DNA from: Chlorokybus atmophyticus
Lineage: Eukaryota; Plantae; Mesostigma and Chlorokybus algae
Reading direction: 5' to 3'
Length of the DNA stretch: 64,000 bases
NCBI GenBank assembly: GCA_009103225.1
Contig: RHPI01001037.1
Coordinates: 1,794,551-1,858,550, forward strand
Below, piece by piece: positions 10,500 through 22,671 of the stretch (its first letter is position 1; every line of letters begins with the position of its first letter). Made by a program: the position numbers and the translations under genes. A model generated the notes under the pieces. It saw only the letters and a program-made list of their open reading frames with translations. It was not told where the DNA came from and did no database searches.

Positions 10500-13400
10500 C
10501 TCCAGCCCATGCCTCAGAATCACCGCCGGAGTGACGTGGTCAACAACCCAGCAGCCACATGGGAAGGTACACTGGTCAGGGAGGCAGCTTATAAAGTACG
10601 CTGGACTTATGTGGATGAACAGGCCGCACGGGAGGCGGATCCACAAACACCCAATTCTCAAGGGTTCCCCAACAGCCACTGGCCACACCGCCAGGAATGA
10701 CCCCGGCCACACAGAGACGCGATCCCCCGACACCGCAACCAGGGCAGCCACAGGTAGCACCGCCAGCACCCAGGCCACAGCGAGTTTATCAACAGCCAAG
10801 ACAAGGACAGTTCGGGCCAGGCCGCAGTAAAGGAGATGCGCAAGACTCAGCTGGTCGAGGGGCGCTTGCCGCACTGTGCTCGACACCACCGGAGGAGACT
10901 GCAGCAGCAGACACCCCACGCACACGCTACCGACGATTCAAGCGGCTGCGCATCCACGCCAACGCGGCCATGATCGCCAACAAAGGCAAGCATGTCACGA
11001 TCAATGGGCAAGCACCCAAGCGGGTGATGCTGGACTCTAGAGCCCAGCCGGTCATCATCAGACGTTACCTCGCACGTGACCTTAGCATCACCAGCGCTGA
11101 GCTGATGCCGTGCCCATACGTGCTCGACACCGCAGCCGGCAGCCGTGACAAGGTGATCAGTATCACCAAGCAAGCCCTCTGCATTCGCTTGACCGGAGTG
11201 GACCCGTCCCACAGCACCGAAGTCATACAAAAGTGTGTGGTCACTGACGCAGGATGCTTCAACCTGTTGTTGAGACAGGACTTCAACTTCCCTATTGGCA
11301 TGGGGCTGGACTGCTGGACAGAGAAGGCCTGGTTTTGTCCTCATTGGGATGAAGAGGACGGAGAGGTTCAAGGATATCTGCCTCTCGAGTTGGTGGCTCG
11401 CACTCTTTCCCACCAAAGGTCAGCTGCAACAGCCACCTACAGGTCGTTGTCGGCAACCATTGACAGGTTTGCTGCGACAGCCACCCACAGGTCGGGCTCG
11501 ACAACCACTGACAGATTATTTGCGGTGGTCACCCACAATGCGGACCAAGACTCTCCTATCCCATACGAGTCTCAGGTAGATGCCACTGAGGAAGTGGCCC
11601 ACCAGCAATTAGTGGAACGTCGCTGGCGCGCACAGGTAGTCGCACATCTGCTGCTGACCAAACCGCGGCTCACTTCATGGTTCCCTCTCTAGAAGGACCA
11701 AGCTGCTGTCCAGGAACAAAACTAGGTGGCCACTAGAGTAGTGGAGTTTCACGTATTCCGGCAGCTGTACCATTGGAAGGTCATGCCCTTCGGACTAAAG
11801 AACGCTCTTGCCAAGTTCCAGCGCGTAATGGACAAAGCCTTGAAGGGGCTGGACTTCGCGCGATGCTACATTGACGACATTCTCATCTTCAGTTGCAGTA
11901 ACGACGAGCACCTGCAGCACATCAAGGAAGTGTTGAAGAGACTCAAGGGGGTGGGGATGACAGTGCACCCCGACAAGTGCACCTTCTGCACTCGCAAGGT
12001 ACCCTACCTAGGGCACATACTTGTGCCTCACGCTGTGTACGTACAGCAGGCAAAGGTGAAGGCTTTGGCGGCTATCCCTGCTCCCATGGACACTACGCGT
12101 TTGCGTGCCTTTCAGGGCCTTGCCAACTACTATCGTCGGTTCTGGAAGGACTTCACAAAGATCGCGCGACCCCTCAAGGAGCTCCTAAAGAAGGAGGTGG
12201 AGTTTGCGTGGAAGGGGCCACAACAGCAGGCGTTTGAGGAGCTAAAGGGCAGGCTCACCACCGCTCCCATCCTGCAACGTCCTGCCTACAACAAGCCCTT
12301 CATATTCCACACCGACTGGAGCAATCTTGGGATGGAGGCTGTGCTGGTACATCACGATAAGAACAAGAAAGAGCGGATGATGTCGTACGCCAGCCGAAGC
12401 AACAACAGCGCTGAGGCCAACCACAGCAGCTACGAGGGGGAGTGCCTCGCTGCAGTATAGGCTATCTCCTTCTTCAGACCTTTCCTTTTTGGTCGACAAT
12501 TCCAGCTCATCACCGATCATCAGCCATTCAAGTGCTTGATGACCAACCAACATTTGATAGGGAAACTTGCTCGCTGGGCCCTGTTGCTGCAGGAGTATGA
12601 CTTTGAGATCGACCACCGCGCCGGCCTCACCAACCAGGACGCTGATGGCCTCAGTCGCAACCCTCATTGCAGTACCAACGATGCAACCGGAGCTTGTCAC
12701 GAGCTTGGCCCCGCAGCAGCAGCTCTCACCATGGCGACCATGTTTGCTGCTGCCGCATTACAGTCAGGGCGCCAGATCAACACCACCTTAACGACAGAGG
12801 AGGTTTTCGCCCTTGAGGCTACCGACCCCACAGTGCCCACACCACTAGGGGACGTTTACGGGGTCGACATCGAAGTCGACGACACCGAGCTGGCACCCAC
12901 AGAGATTAGGCAGGACATATGGCTGGACAAGCCATCACATTCCTTCCTTCAAAGTGGCCAGCTTCCCTCCAATATAAGTGCACGAGAGAAAGATCGTGTT
13001 AGTCAGCGCACCCGCCACTACTGGTGGGCGAATGACAAAGTGTACCGCCGCGTCCAGGACGAAGACAAGGAGGTGCCAACACCAGCCACACGCGAGGGCA
13101 TCATCGCTGCCCTCCACACGGAGCTTGGGCAATTTGGTGTCAAGCGTACCGTCAGCCTGGTAAGGGCGCAACATTAGTGGTATAGGCTGTCCAAACAGGT
13201 GCAGGGGTTGGTCAGTTGCTGCCAGCAGTGTGACATGGTACAAGCCAGCCTCAACACACGCAGCGCCACCTTGCACCCTCTCCCCATCTCTGGACTGTTC
13301 TACCGCTAGAGACTCGACATCTTGGGAGACTTGGCACCCTCGGCGCGGGGCAACCGCTACATCCTTGTCATGATCGAGCACTTCTCCAAATGGGTGGAGC

Positions 13401-14668
13401 TGGTGCCATTACCCGACAAGAGCAGCAGGGGGGTGGCTCAAGCTTTTCTCTCCCATGTCCTCAGCCGGTTCAGTAGCTGCGCTGAGGTCATTACCGACCA
13501 GGGCATTAAGTTCAGAGGGGAGTTCGACACCCTGCTGGACAAATGCTACATCGATCATCGCCGTACTTCGCGTGACCACCCTCAAGCCGACGGCCTCGCC
13601 GAGCGGACGGTGCAGACTATCAAAAAGACACTCCCCAAGTACGTGCTGGACTATGAGAAGAACACATGGGACGACCACCTTCCGTGGGTGGCTCTTAGCT
13701 ACCGATTGTTGAAGCAGGCGGTGCTGCGCGAGTACAGCCCATACTACTTCTGTTCGGGCTGTTCGGGCGTCCGCCGTTGCTTCCCTTTCGTGCACAGCAG
13801 GAAGTAGAATGTGTGGTGGACAACCTCGACGATCCCGGATGCACCACGACATCACCACACGTGCCACGCTGTTCAAGCACACCGTCCCGATGGCCTTCCA
13901 CAATTTGCGGATCGCACACACCGTGACACTCTGCGCTACGAGCGCGTGCCAAGCGGCTTCTACAAGGAGCGCCAACGGCGGTTTCAAGCAGGTGACTTTG
14001 CCTACCGCATGGCAGCCACCAAAGACACGCTCTACACCTCTGTGGGCCGTACCGTCTACAAGGTACTCAAGGTGTACCCCACTGGAGTGCTGGACCTTCT
14101 TGGTCAGAATGGCGAGAGGTTGAAAGACAACATGGTGAATTGCGCGCCATGTCACCTCCCTTACGTAGCAGGCTTCGCGCGCATCCAGCACCCTCGCCCC
14201 GCCCGCAGCACAGGCTGCGCATGCTGCGGCAGCGCCGGCGATGACGCACTCATGGTGCTCTGCGATGGCTGTCACAAGGGCCTGCATTGCTACTGTCTGG
14301 AGCCCCCATTGGACGCAATACCCATGGAGGAATACTGGTGCGACGATTGCCGCACCAACGGTCCTCCTCACCTGCGTTAGCAGCTGAGCTCTGGAGTTGA
14401 AACCTCCCCAGAAGCTCAAGCTCAAGGGGGGGTGGCTTGTTGACTGTGTGTCCTACGGCACAGCATGTACACTAAGGAAGACACCGCCTCCACATGTTCG
14501 TGTTCAGCAACAGTGGAGCGGCTCCACCAAGCACTCCTCGCCATACAAGCTGGGTTATCTTTTACTTTTGCCACAGGTTATAACATGCTGCACCCTTAGG
14601 ACAAGCACGCATGACTTTCCCTGCAGCGGCCCGAGACAGTGTGACCCTCGACTTCCCCCGACCCGACA
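10500..14668 (+). mobile_element. Ty3/gypsy LTR retrotransposon copy 1, degenerate and 5'-truncated; PR-RT-RH-INT with C-terminal PHD finger
   Basis: Protease-like RVMLDSRAQ; RT WKVMPFGLKNA and CYIDDILIFS (RT N-terminus deleted near 11700); RNase H FHTDWS, YEGECLAAV; integrase VMIEHFSKWVE, ITDQG, HPQADGLAERTVQT; PHD at 14216-14350; stops and frameshifts. Confidence 0.95.
14466..14668 (+). repeat. 203-bp TG...CA repeat, probable 3' LTR of gypsy copy 1
   Basis: TGTACACTAAGG...CCCGACA; ~96% identical second copy at 15273-15475; its 3' end resembles 34639-34680 next to gypsy copy 2. Confidence 0.7.
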
Positions 14669-15272
14669 GCTGTTATGCCTGGTGCCCACACATACCAGCC
14701 TTCATCGGGCATGTCTACATCAAAACCGTCGCCCGGCCTACCGACATACCAACGCGCGCGCGTCCCTGACCAGTAGATAGGTCATGACTTCAGAGTAGCT
14801 TACGACCATTGCCCACATAGGCACCGCGCGTAGCTGTTCAGTTGTGAGTTCAGTTATAAGTTCAACTTAATAAGTTGTGTTCTATATCGAGTAACAATCG
14901 ATGTGGAAATAGCCTCGATATGACCGTTAGCTTATGTTCTGAACAGTCATGACTTGACTTGTATAAGTAGTCACAGTGTTCACCGAATCATTTGGTGACA
15001 CTGTGAGTGAGAAAGCTAAGAGCTTGTGAAACGACTTGAACTACGAACACGCCATCTCGGTTACCAAGAACCCCCCTCACTGTGTGAGAGCCTGTGCATG
15101 CTCGCGTGTGCATCGTGCTTGTCATCGCTGTGGGCCTGGTATGCCTGGTTGCAGTGTGCTTGTTGGCATCAGTCAGGGCATAGTATCCACGTGTTGCTTG
15201 CTCATTCACCTCAATTAACAGTGTAACACATTTTCCGCTCATGCAAAGAACTGTGTAAACAGTATTATGTCA

Positions 15273-15475
15273 TGTACACTAAGGAAGACACCGCCTCCAC
15301 ATGTCCGTGTTCAGCAACAGTGGAGCGGCTCCACCAAGCACTCCTCGCCATACAAGCTGGGTTATTTTTTACTTTTGCCACAGGTTATAACATGTTGCAG
15401 CACCAGGACAAGCACGCATGACTTTCCCTGCAGCGGCCCGAGACAGTGTGACCGTCGACTTCCCCCGACCCGACA
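15273..15475 (+). repeat. Second copy of the 203-bp LTR-like repeat
   Basis: About 8 mismatches to 14466-14668; homology ends sharply at CCCGACA; no 5-bp TSD (TGTCA / TATTG). Confidence 0.85.
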
Positions 15476-15666
15476 TATTGCCTGCGCGCTAAGTCACGCG
15501 GTTAAGTACCTTGCCGGTACGATTGCCTCGCATACCGACGCAGACAGAAAGCCGCGGATTAATGCCGGGAGAACTGTCACACTGCGCATAACAATAAGTC
15601 ATGACGCCTCTCCTCATGGTAGCGTTTTTTGGTACCATGGTAAAGTTGGTTGTACATGTACGTAAA

Positions 15667-15700
15667 CAAGCGGTACGGCTGATTGGGCGGGGCGGCCGGC
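15667..15700 (-). promoter_or_regulatory. Conserved motif copy 2 (CCAAT + GC box, or Helitron-like end ...CCGTACCGCTTG|T)
   Basis: Plus strand CAAGCGGTACGGCTGATTGGGCGGGGCGGCC versus CTAGCGGTGCGGCTGATTGGGCGTGAGGCGGGCGGCC at 4031. Confidence 0.45.
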
Positions 15701-16783
15701 ATTATTAAGGCACACGCAAACCTCACCCCGAGGGCATCACATGCGGCACCCGCGACCGGGCTGCGCGGCCCGCATGCCGCTCATAGACTAGGCGGCGTTT
15801 ATTAACTATCAGCCGTTCGATTTAGAAAATATATATATCTCGATCGTCCAAAGCACATCCCCACTTCATGCAATTGCTAAAAATATGCGAATACATATCA
15901 AGTATGAGCACAACGTGCACGATGCACATGCCGGCATATTGTTGCATATGGTCCATATGATTTGAGATGTATCACACTTATCTAAGGTGGCAAAACAATA
16001 TCTCTGATGTGTTGCAATATGAAGCACATATGTTGCGATATGAATACATATGGTGCAATATGGCGCAATTTGGTTAGCAACCTGCAATTAAGTGTTTCAA
16101 AACTTAATATTAAACGTAACGTTTACGCCACGGTACGTGCTGCGATTTTCATTAAGTAATGCCGAGGTTACAACCAGTAAAATAATGCTAACCTGAATTA
16201 CCTTAACGTTAAGATTCAACTAAACGAAAAATTGCATCGTTAGGCCGTCATTTGGTCGTGCATGAGATTGCTCAAATGGGGCTCGCAATGGTGACAGCAG
16301 CCGTTGCTGAAACAAGCAGCGAAATGACCAATCATTGCAGAGACGCATGAAAGATGCTGAAAACTATCTCAGCGGCAACTGCTGACCAACGGCGACCCAA
16401 AATCGCTAGGAATTCGGTGCAATTGCAGCACAGTTAGTGTTAAATTGGCCGCGTTTTTGGTGGTACGAGGTCGGAGCAGGCCCGATACCCCAAAAGACTT
16501 GCCGCCACTACTCACCCTCGTTTTAAGTGATCCACTCTACCATGTAACGCTAATTGATTACACGCTATAGTTAATGCGTCATCAAACATGGTCAACAGCC
16601 GAACCAAAATCTGTATATATGATGAGCAACACAAGCGTGTTATATAATGCACCGTGCATCACATATAAATGACCTTATATGTTAGTACATTAATTACAAA
16701 CGTTTGTCAAGTGATAAGCCAGAAGATGAACACGTCCATGCATCATGAGAACATGACAATACAATGCTACAACACACGGGCAG

Positions 16784-17772
16784 TGTTACGCCTATAAGGC
16801 TGGCAAAAGCCATTTTCTGTCCCTTACTTATGTTAGTGAGAAGGGACGAAATGGGATTCTCCATTTTATAGGCGTTATAAGTGCTTATGGCGTGTGCTCT
16901 CATGTTGTCACGAATTGGGATATAATGTGTGACAGCCCTCACTCATGGTAGTGTCTTTTACTACCATAGCCTAGTGGTCGGGCCCCAATTGTTACACATG
17001 TGGTCCGCTCTTGAGCCTATGAGGCCTTGAGCAATAGTGAACTACACAAGGCATTGTTAAGGGCTAGCACGGAGCTGGTTAATGCCTATGTCATGTGAGC
17101 CATTGTCATTGCATTGCGAGTTGCCAAAGGAAGTAGCAGATGTAAGATACCGAGTTGGCAAACCACATGATATGTGCTGTGGTAGTGCGATTTGCCATAA
17201 GTGTAACAGGCGCAAGGCAAGTGGTGCATGTGGGCAATCCGCAAGCACATGTAATAGGGGAGCTTGAGTTTGTGGTTCCGAGGTAGGAATGTTACTCTTA
17301 TAGTTACGCGAGGTGGTTTTATACTCCCGAAGTAAAGTTTGCGATTTTTTCGATGTTGGGACAAGGTCAGCCCATAGTGACAAGGCCTGTATGGTTTAGA
17401 ACATCCTGTGTGCCAGGGAGAGCAGCATGTGGTATAGGTGCCAAGTGCATCCTTAAGTGGGGATCCGATCAGTATGGATTAAGACATCAGTGTGTGCTTG
17501 CCTTACAAGAGGTCCACTTGTGCGTGGGGGGCCTAATTGTTACCTGTTGTAGGGGCTTTCCCCCTCATCCCTGTGTGGTGTTGTGTGGGTGTTGGGCGTG
17601 TGTGCTTTGGGCTGGAGTTGTGTAAAGAGGTTGGTGGTCATCCTCTTCTTCATGAGTGCGCTGGTAGGATTTCCTCGAATGTGGTGCTGGTAGGGATTCC
17701 GCTGTAAGTCCTTAGGGCTTGCGGATAAGTTTGCCAAGCCTCAACCAGCAAGTAAGTAGTGGTATCGTTACA
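16784..17772. mobile_element. Solo LTR A (989 bp) with 5-bp TSD
   Basis: Termini TGTTACGCCTATAAGG...GTGGTATCGTTACA; GGCAG at 16779-16783 and 17773-17777; homologous to 29365-31149. Confidence 0.9.
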
Positions 17773-18619
17773 GGCAGCGTGCTGTTAACAGGCATAATAT
17801 AGCAATGCGTTTATGCTCGTATGTATCCGATATATATGCAAGCATATTGTGATTTGTACAATTTACTGATGCCAGTACCCATATACATTATTGTACATCA
17901 ACTACTTCTGACACAATGGCGTTGTAGAGCTGTAAGCAGCTGTGATCGGGCTTTCATGATATCAATGAATGAAGATTATTGATTATGAATCTAAAATGCC
18001 ACAATGGCATGTATTTTGCTGATTGAAATGGGGCATGAGCTATGTACTATAAGCCGACAATTGCAATACTCATGTCACGTGAAGTGTCATCAATGCTATG
18101 ATGTGGTTTCAATGTTGCCAAATAAGGCAACGACGCAAGATATGATAGCAATATTGTGGTGTGTTTACATTTGCCCCCCCCCNNNNNNNNNNNNNNNNNN
18201 NNNNNNNNNNNNNNNNNNNNNNNNNNNNNNNNNNNNNNNNNNNNNNNNNNNNNNNNNNNNNNNNNNNNNNNNNNNNNNNNNNNNNNNNNNNNNNNNNNNN
18301 NNNNNNNNNNNNNNNNNNNNNNNNNNNNNNNNNNNNCCCCCCCCCCCCCCCCCCCCTCATTTCCGCCATCCTATCTCTCTACTCGCTCCCCCCGTGGGCC
18401 GCAGGCCGCGACGTCCCAATCGCACACGGTACCCGTGACATGGGTAGTGGGGAGAAAAGGTACATCAATGTCTTCTTCAGCAACGCAATCACATCCTTCT
18501 CACATGTATGCACACAAAGGCTTCCGTGTCATCAACCATGTATTATGCAATGCACTGCAGCTCATACATAGCAGAACACCGTATCAACACGGGAATGTAA
18601 TCGTATGTTTAACAATGGT

Positions 18620-19619
18620 CTAACTATGCCATGGTTGAAGCACTCGAAGTATGTATGTCACAAGGTATTTGCAAGTCATGGCTTGTTGATAGCGGGTGCG
18701 AAGCGGAGAGTGCGCTTTGTGATTGACTGCATGCGGTTCTTCCTTCGGGGTGTCCGGTACGACTTGCAGCTTTTGCAGCTGTTCCTGCAGAAACTTCATC
18801 TGCTTTGCAGCAGCTCTCTCTGCGTACTCACCAGGGGTTAGTGTTGTTATAACGTGTACAAGTTGCAAAGCACACAAATCCACAGCACCTGCCACTTCTG
18901 CACGCTCCTTTGCTTTAGTGGCATCGTGCAAATCCCGTTTCAGCTGAGTACACTGTTGACACAGATGTTACTACAACGGTTGGACGAAGGCGCTCTGCCT
19001 CATGCCAAACCAACATGCTGATGCCCAGAGATGTGTCAACAGCATCCCTGTCATTCCAATATCCCAGAATCTATGTACCTCTTTGTGTGCCGCAGTCATT
19101 TCAGTCTTGTGTTGTTGCAACTCTTCTCGCAACTGGTCAGCCAACCTGCAGCCGCACGGTGAAGGCAGGCATGCGTATATGCGCGTAGTGTGTGTGTGAG
19201 CGCACGTGCGCGTGTGCATGTGTCTCTCGTACGTGTGGGTGAGTATCAATTGGTTGTTGATAATGTAGATGGTGATGGTGACGGTAGGGATGACAATGTA
19301 TCGTTGTCTTGAACTGGTATAGCAACATGAGAAGTTGTGCACACACATATCAACCGATGCTGTCGCCAGCAGACATGCAATGCAAGGGTGCAATGCACAC
19401 TGGCTGTCGCAGTGCGCAAGCATACTGCGACAGCCAGCCAATAAATGTCCATTGCGTTTTTCCCCATTGCATTGAGACTGCAACGCACCTGCAGGCAGTT
19501 TCCAAGTCATCTTCTCGTCTTGTGGCGGCGGCCCGCTCCTCAATGATTTTCGGCAGCAGCTCTTCCAGCTTGTCCACGATTTTCAATCCTACCATGGTCA
19601 CGCAGCCCCCCACGCAGAA

Positions 19620-19658
<39 letters not shown>

Positions 19659-19948
19659 GGCGGTGGCGGTGGCGGTGGCGGCAAGCACACCACAACGACA
19701 GCTGTACTGCAGTAGCTATACTACTACACCGACTGTGACTGTACCTACCAGCCTTGCACATGTGCATGCGTGTGCGCCGAAGGGCGCTCACCAGCGCTCG
19801 TGCCATGTCGTTGTCTCCTGCCTATACACGCCCACCAACACCCCGGTCCCGGCCTGCTGACCAGGCCGTTCACCTGCTCACGCACGTGCTGCCGCCCCCG
19901 CAGCTTTGTGACGAGAGACGCGTCATTGTCAATGAAACGTTGATGCAC
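18620..19948 (-). pseudogene. Diverged, shorter paralog of the coiled-coil gene at 602-3217
   Basis: RQHVREQVNGLVSR vs RHVGQQVNGLVGR; GLKIVDKLEEL vs GLGLENRLEKL; DATKAKERAEVAGAVDLCAL vs AAGEAKELAEKAGVSWLGAL; contains a (GGC/GGT)n run at ~19620-19680. Confidence 0.6.
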
Positions 19949-21661
19949 AGCTACGGTTGATTAACCGAGATGTTACGCGATTTGGCTTATGTTGTGCTTG
20001 TGCTATGTAGTTAGTACAACTACCGGATTGGGCACGTTCGTCCTGGCAGCTGAATGCGATCCAGGCAAAGTTGAACGCAGCGAATGCTGTACTTAACGTT
20101 GCATGACGGCAAGTAACGTTGTTCGTCTCCCTCGCTATAGTGACGCTCTCTACGGCTAATCAATACTTTGTCACTACGGGAGGGTGTCGTACTGCGTAAG
20201 AACGAGTGTGATTACAGCGTGGGTAGACTATAACGAGCCAGCAGGTCAAATTGACATGCAGCGGAGAACAGCATACCTTACCGTGCTGCAAGCTTACCGG
20301 TATGTTAAATGTAAGATACAAACTTTCAAGTCAGCGTTCAATGACGATTGTGATGTCACCACAATTGTCTTATAACATATCAATAAGTTGTTCAATTATT
20401 TGAGTATACAACACGCAAAATTGATATTGAATGCGTTTGAATTCAAAAGGTACAGATTGTCAATATGAATATCTTAAAATTAATAATTCCTTATACATGC
20501 ACAGTGTGCATTTATGTACTTAATACGGAGAGTGGACCACTCTCTCTATGCACACTACGCAAGTGAAACTTGTGTTGCGCATACAACATACGAATTCACC
20601 TCACACTGAATCTTAGAATGTATTGTAACTTACATCTGCTCGATAACTTTGCAACGCTTATACATCGAATCCGACTATTAACCTTGTTTCGAGTTGAAAT
20701 TTAACCTTTAATTGACTACATGATGTCTTCAAACACCCCGATTGTACAATTTCATACATAACAAAAGGGCCTTGCACTTGCATACTCAGTTAATCTACCT
20801 AGTTCAAGCATTTGCTGCATTCATGCATATATATGTGGCCATATGTATGCTCTATGCTCCTGCTCTTATTACTAATCAGCAATGCATGTTATCGCCGTAA
20901 TTGTTAAAATAAAGGTATATTGGCAATGCTCTTTCGTGTGGGTCATACGGTAGTAATATCAATAATAACTACCTAGCCTGACAGTGAACCCACCTTTTAC
21001 TATCATATATGCAGGGTGATAACCTCCATATCATTTATATGGTTAAGGTTCGTGCTCACATGGTGCGAGTCACCCCAATCACATGTGTTTTGCGTTATAA
21101 CACCATTTACAGCTTCCCCGCAAAATGTTATGAGATACGCTGCCAACTTGATAAGTACATTCGAGTGTACTTTATAACGTGTCAAATTATCATTCAACAA
21201 GTTGTTTTATTGATCGTTCCATGTGTTGATTTATGGTCATGACATAGAGCGGTCAATATATTGTGCACCGTGCACAGTAGAGGCGCTATTGTGAATTGGC
21301 AAAGTCACAGTGCAGGCTTGAGCCGCGCGTAGTGGAGCAATTCAAATGCTGTATTATTATACTTTGTCACGTTGTGTAAATGCATACAACGTTGAGTACA
21401 CGTCTTAAGAGTTGTAAAGCTTGTAACATTGTGTCTTGCTCATATGAACTCGTACACACATGCATGTTGCCAATGTTGTTAACATCCGTCATATACTTGA
21501 ATTTGAACAGGCATAAGCAAAGTGATGACACCGTCGACAAGGTTGTCATTGTCACGCAAAGCCTTTCTTAATAAGGGTCTACTCAAATTGAATACCTCTC
21601 CATTACAACAAAAGTCCTTCTCATGTAAAATTCATATTAAGCTATAAACACAAACGGGGCA

Positions 21662-21790
21662 ATATATACATATGTACACATTTATACATATATATGTATA
21701 TATATATACATATTTGCATATACATATATACATATATATACATATATATACATGCACGCACGCACGCACCTACACACACACACACACACA
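21662..21790. repeat. Compound (TA)n/(CATA)n/(CA)n microsatellite
   Basis: Directly visible. Confidence 0.9.
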
Positions 21791-22304
21791 TAAGAATGTT
21801 ACTGACGACTTAATATATTCGAATTTGCTTCAGCTTGAAGCTTATTATTAATACTAGGTAATTAGGTGAATAGCTGCTAGCTATGCAAATTGATATGAGC
21901 TACCCCCAGATATGTTGTTATGTGGACTTGAGTAATGATGCACAGAGAAGTGTGAGCTTTAGTGGTGAGGGTCATTCAACTAATTGAAATTAGGTGCGCA
22001 CAATCTCGCATGCGTCAAGTAGTGAAGCTTGCCATTGTGCAACACGCTGCATGTGTATAGAGAATAAAAAGGGCAACTGATACTAACAGCTAATAGCATG
22101 CACGTGGCTCGCAACAAGGCACAGTGCAGGCTGCATGTTGCACTCACAGGCATTCTCATAGAGCGACCACCGGGCTTATTACTTAACATAGGCATGCTTT
22201 TGATACCTACCGTTACGGCCCATCTCTGTGCAACATGCATGCAGGTCAACAGTTTTTGGGCACTATTGGCATAGAATAACATAGTCGAATACTTGCACCA
22301 AGTG

Positions 22305-22332
22305 GTGTGTGTGTGTGTGTGTGTGTGTGTGT
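22305..22332. repeat. (GT)n microsatellite
   Basis: Directly visible. Confidence 0.95.
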
Positions 22333-22671
22333 CTTGCACATGTGGGTTGCACATCTCTCTCGCCACGCATATGTCAGCATATTAACCATTCTGAAGTGAA
22401 CCTTCTGAGTGTGCAAGTTGGATTGCAAAAGAGTGATGCAGGGTGAGGACTCCGCAGGTGTTGTGACTGCAAGCATGCCACAAGCAGGATTAACTGTGCA
22501 ACGGGCTGAATACTCAGCTTCAGCATCAATTTGCGGAACTGTACTTGTATCAAAACCGTATCTATCAACTGTCAGCATATGGCGCAACAGCATTAGCTGA
22601 GTTTGTTACCAAGGCATGCCTAGCCAAGCAAATTAACGAACAAAAGGGAAAGGAGAAGGGTAGTATATAAT

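Noticed and set aside
15430-15478. Minus-strand SGRGKST, a possible Walker A of the missing helicase N-terminus
   Set aside because: Lies inside the 203-bp LTR-like repeat, is bounded by stops, and no other helicase motif follows.
15755-15795. GCGGC-CCGCAT-GCCGC hairpin followed by CTAG as a plus-strand Helitron end
   Set aside because: Only a 5-bp stem, followed by G rather than T, and no second copy seen.
20300-22000. AT-rich islands (also ~26000-27500, 28400-29160, 61700-62700) as endogenous giant-virus DNA
   Set aside because: No long ORFs or viral hallmark motifs found; composition alone is insufficient.
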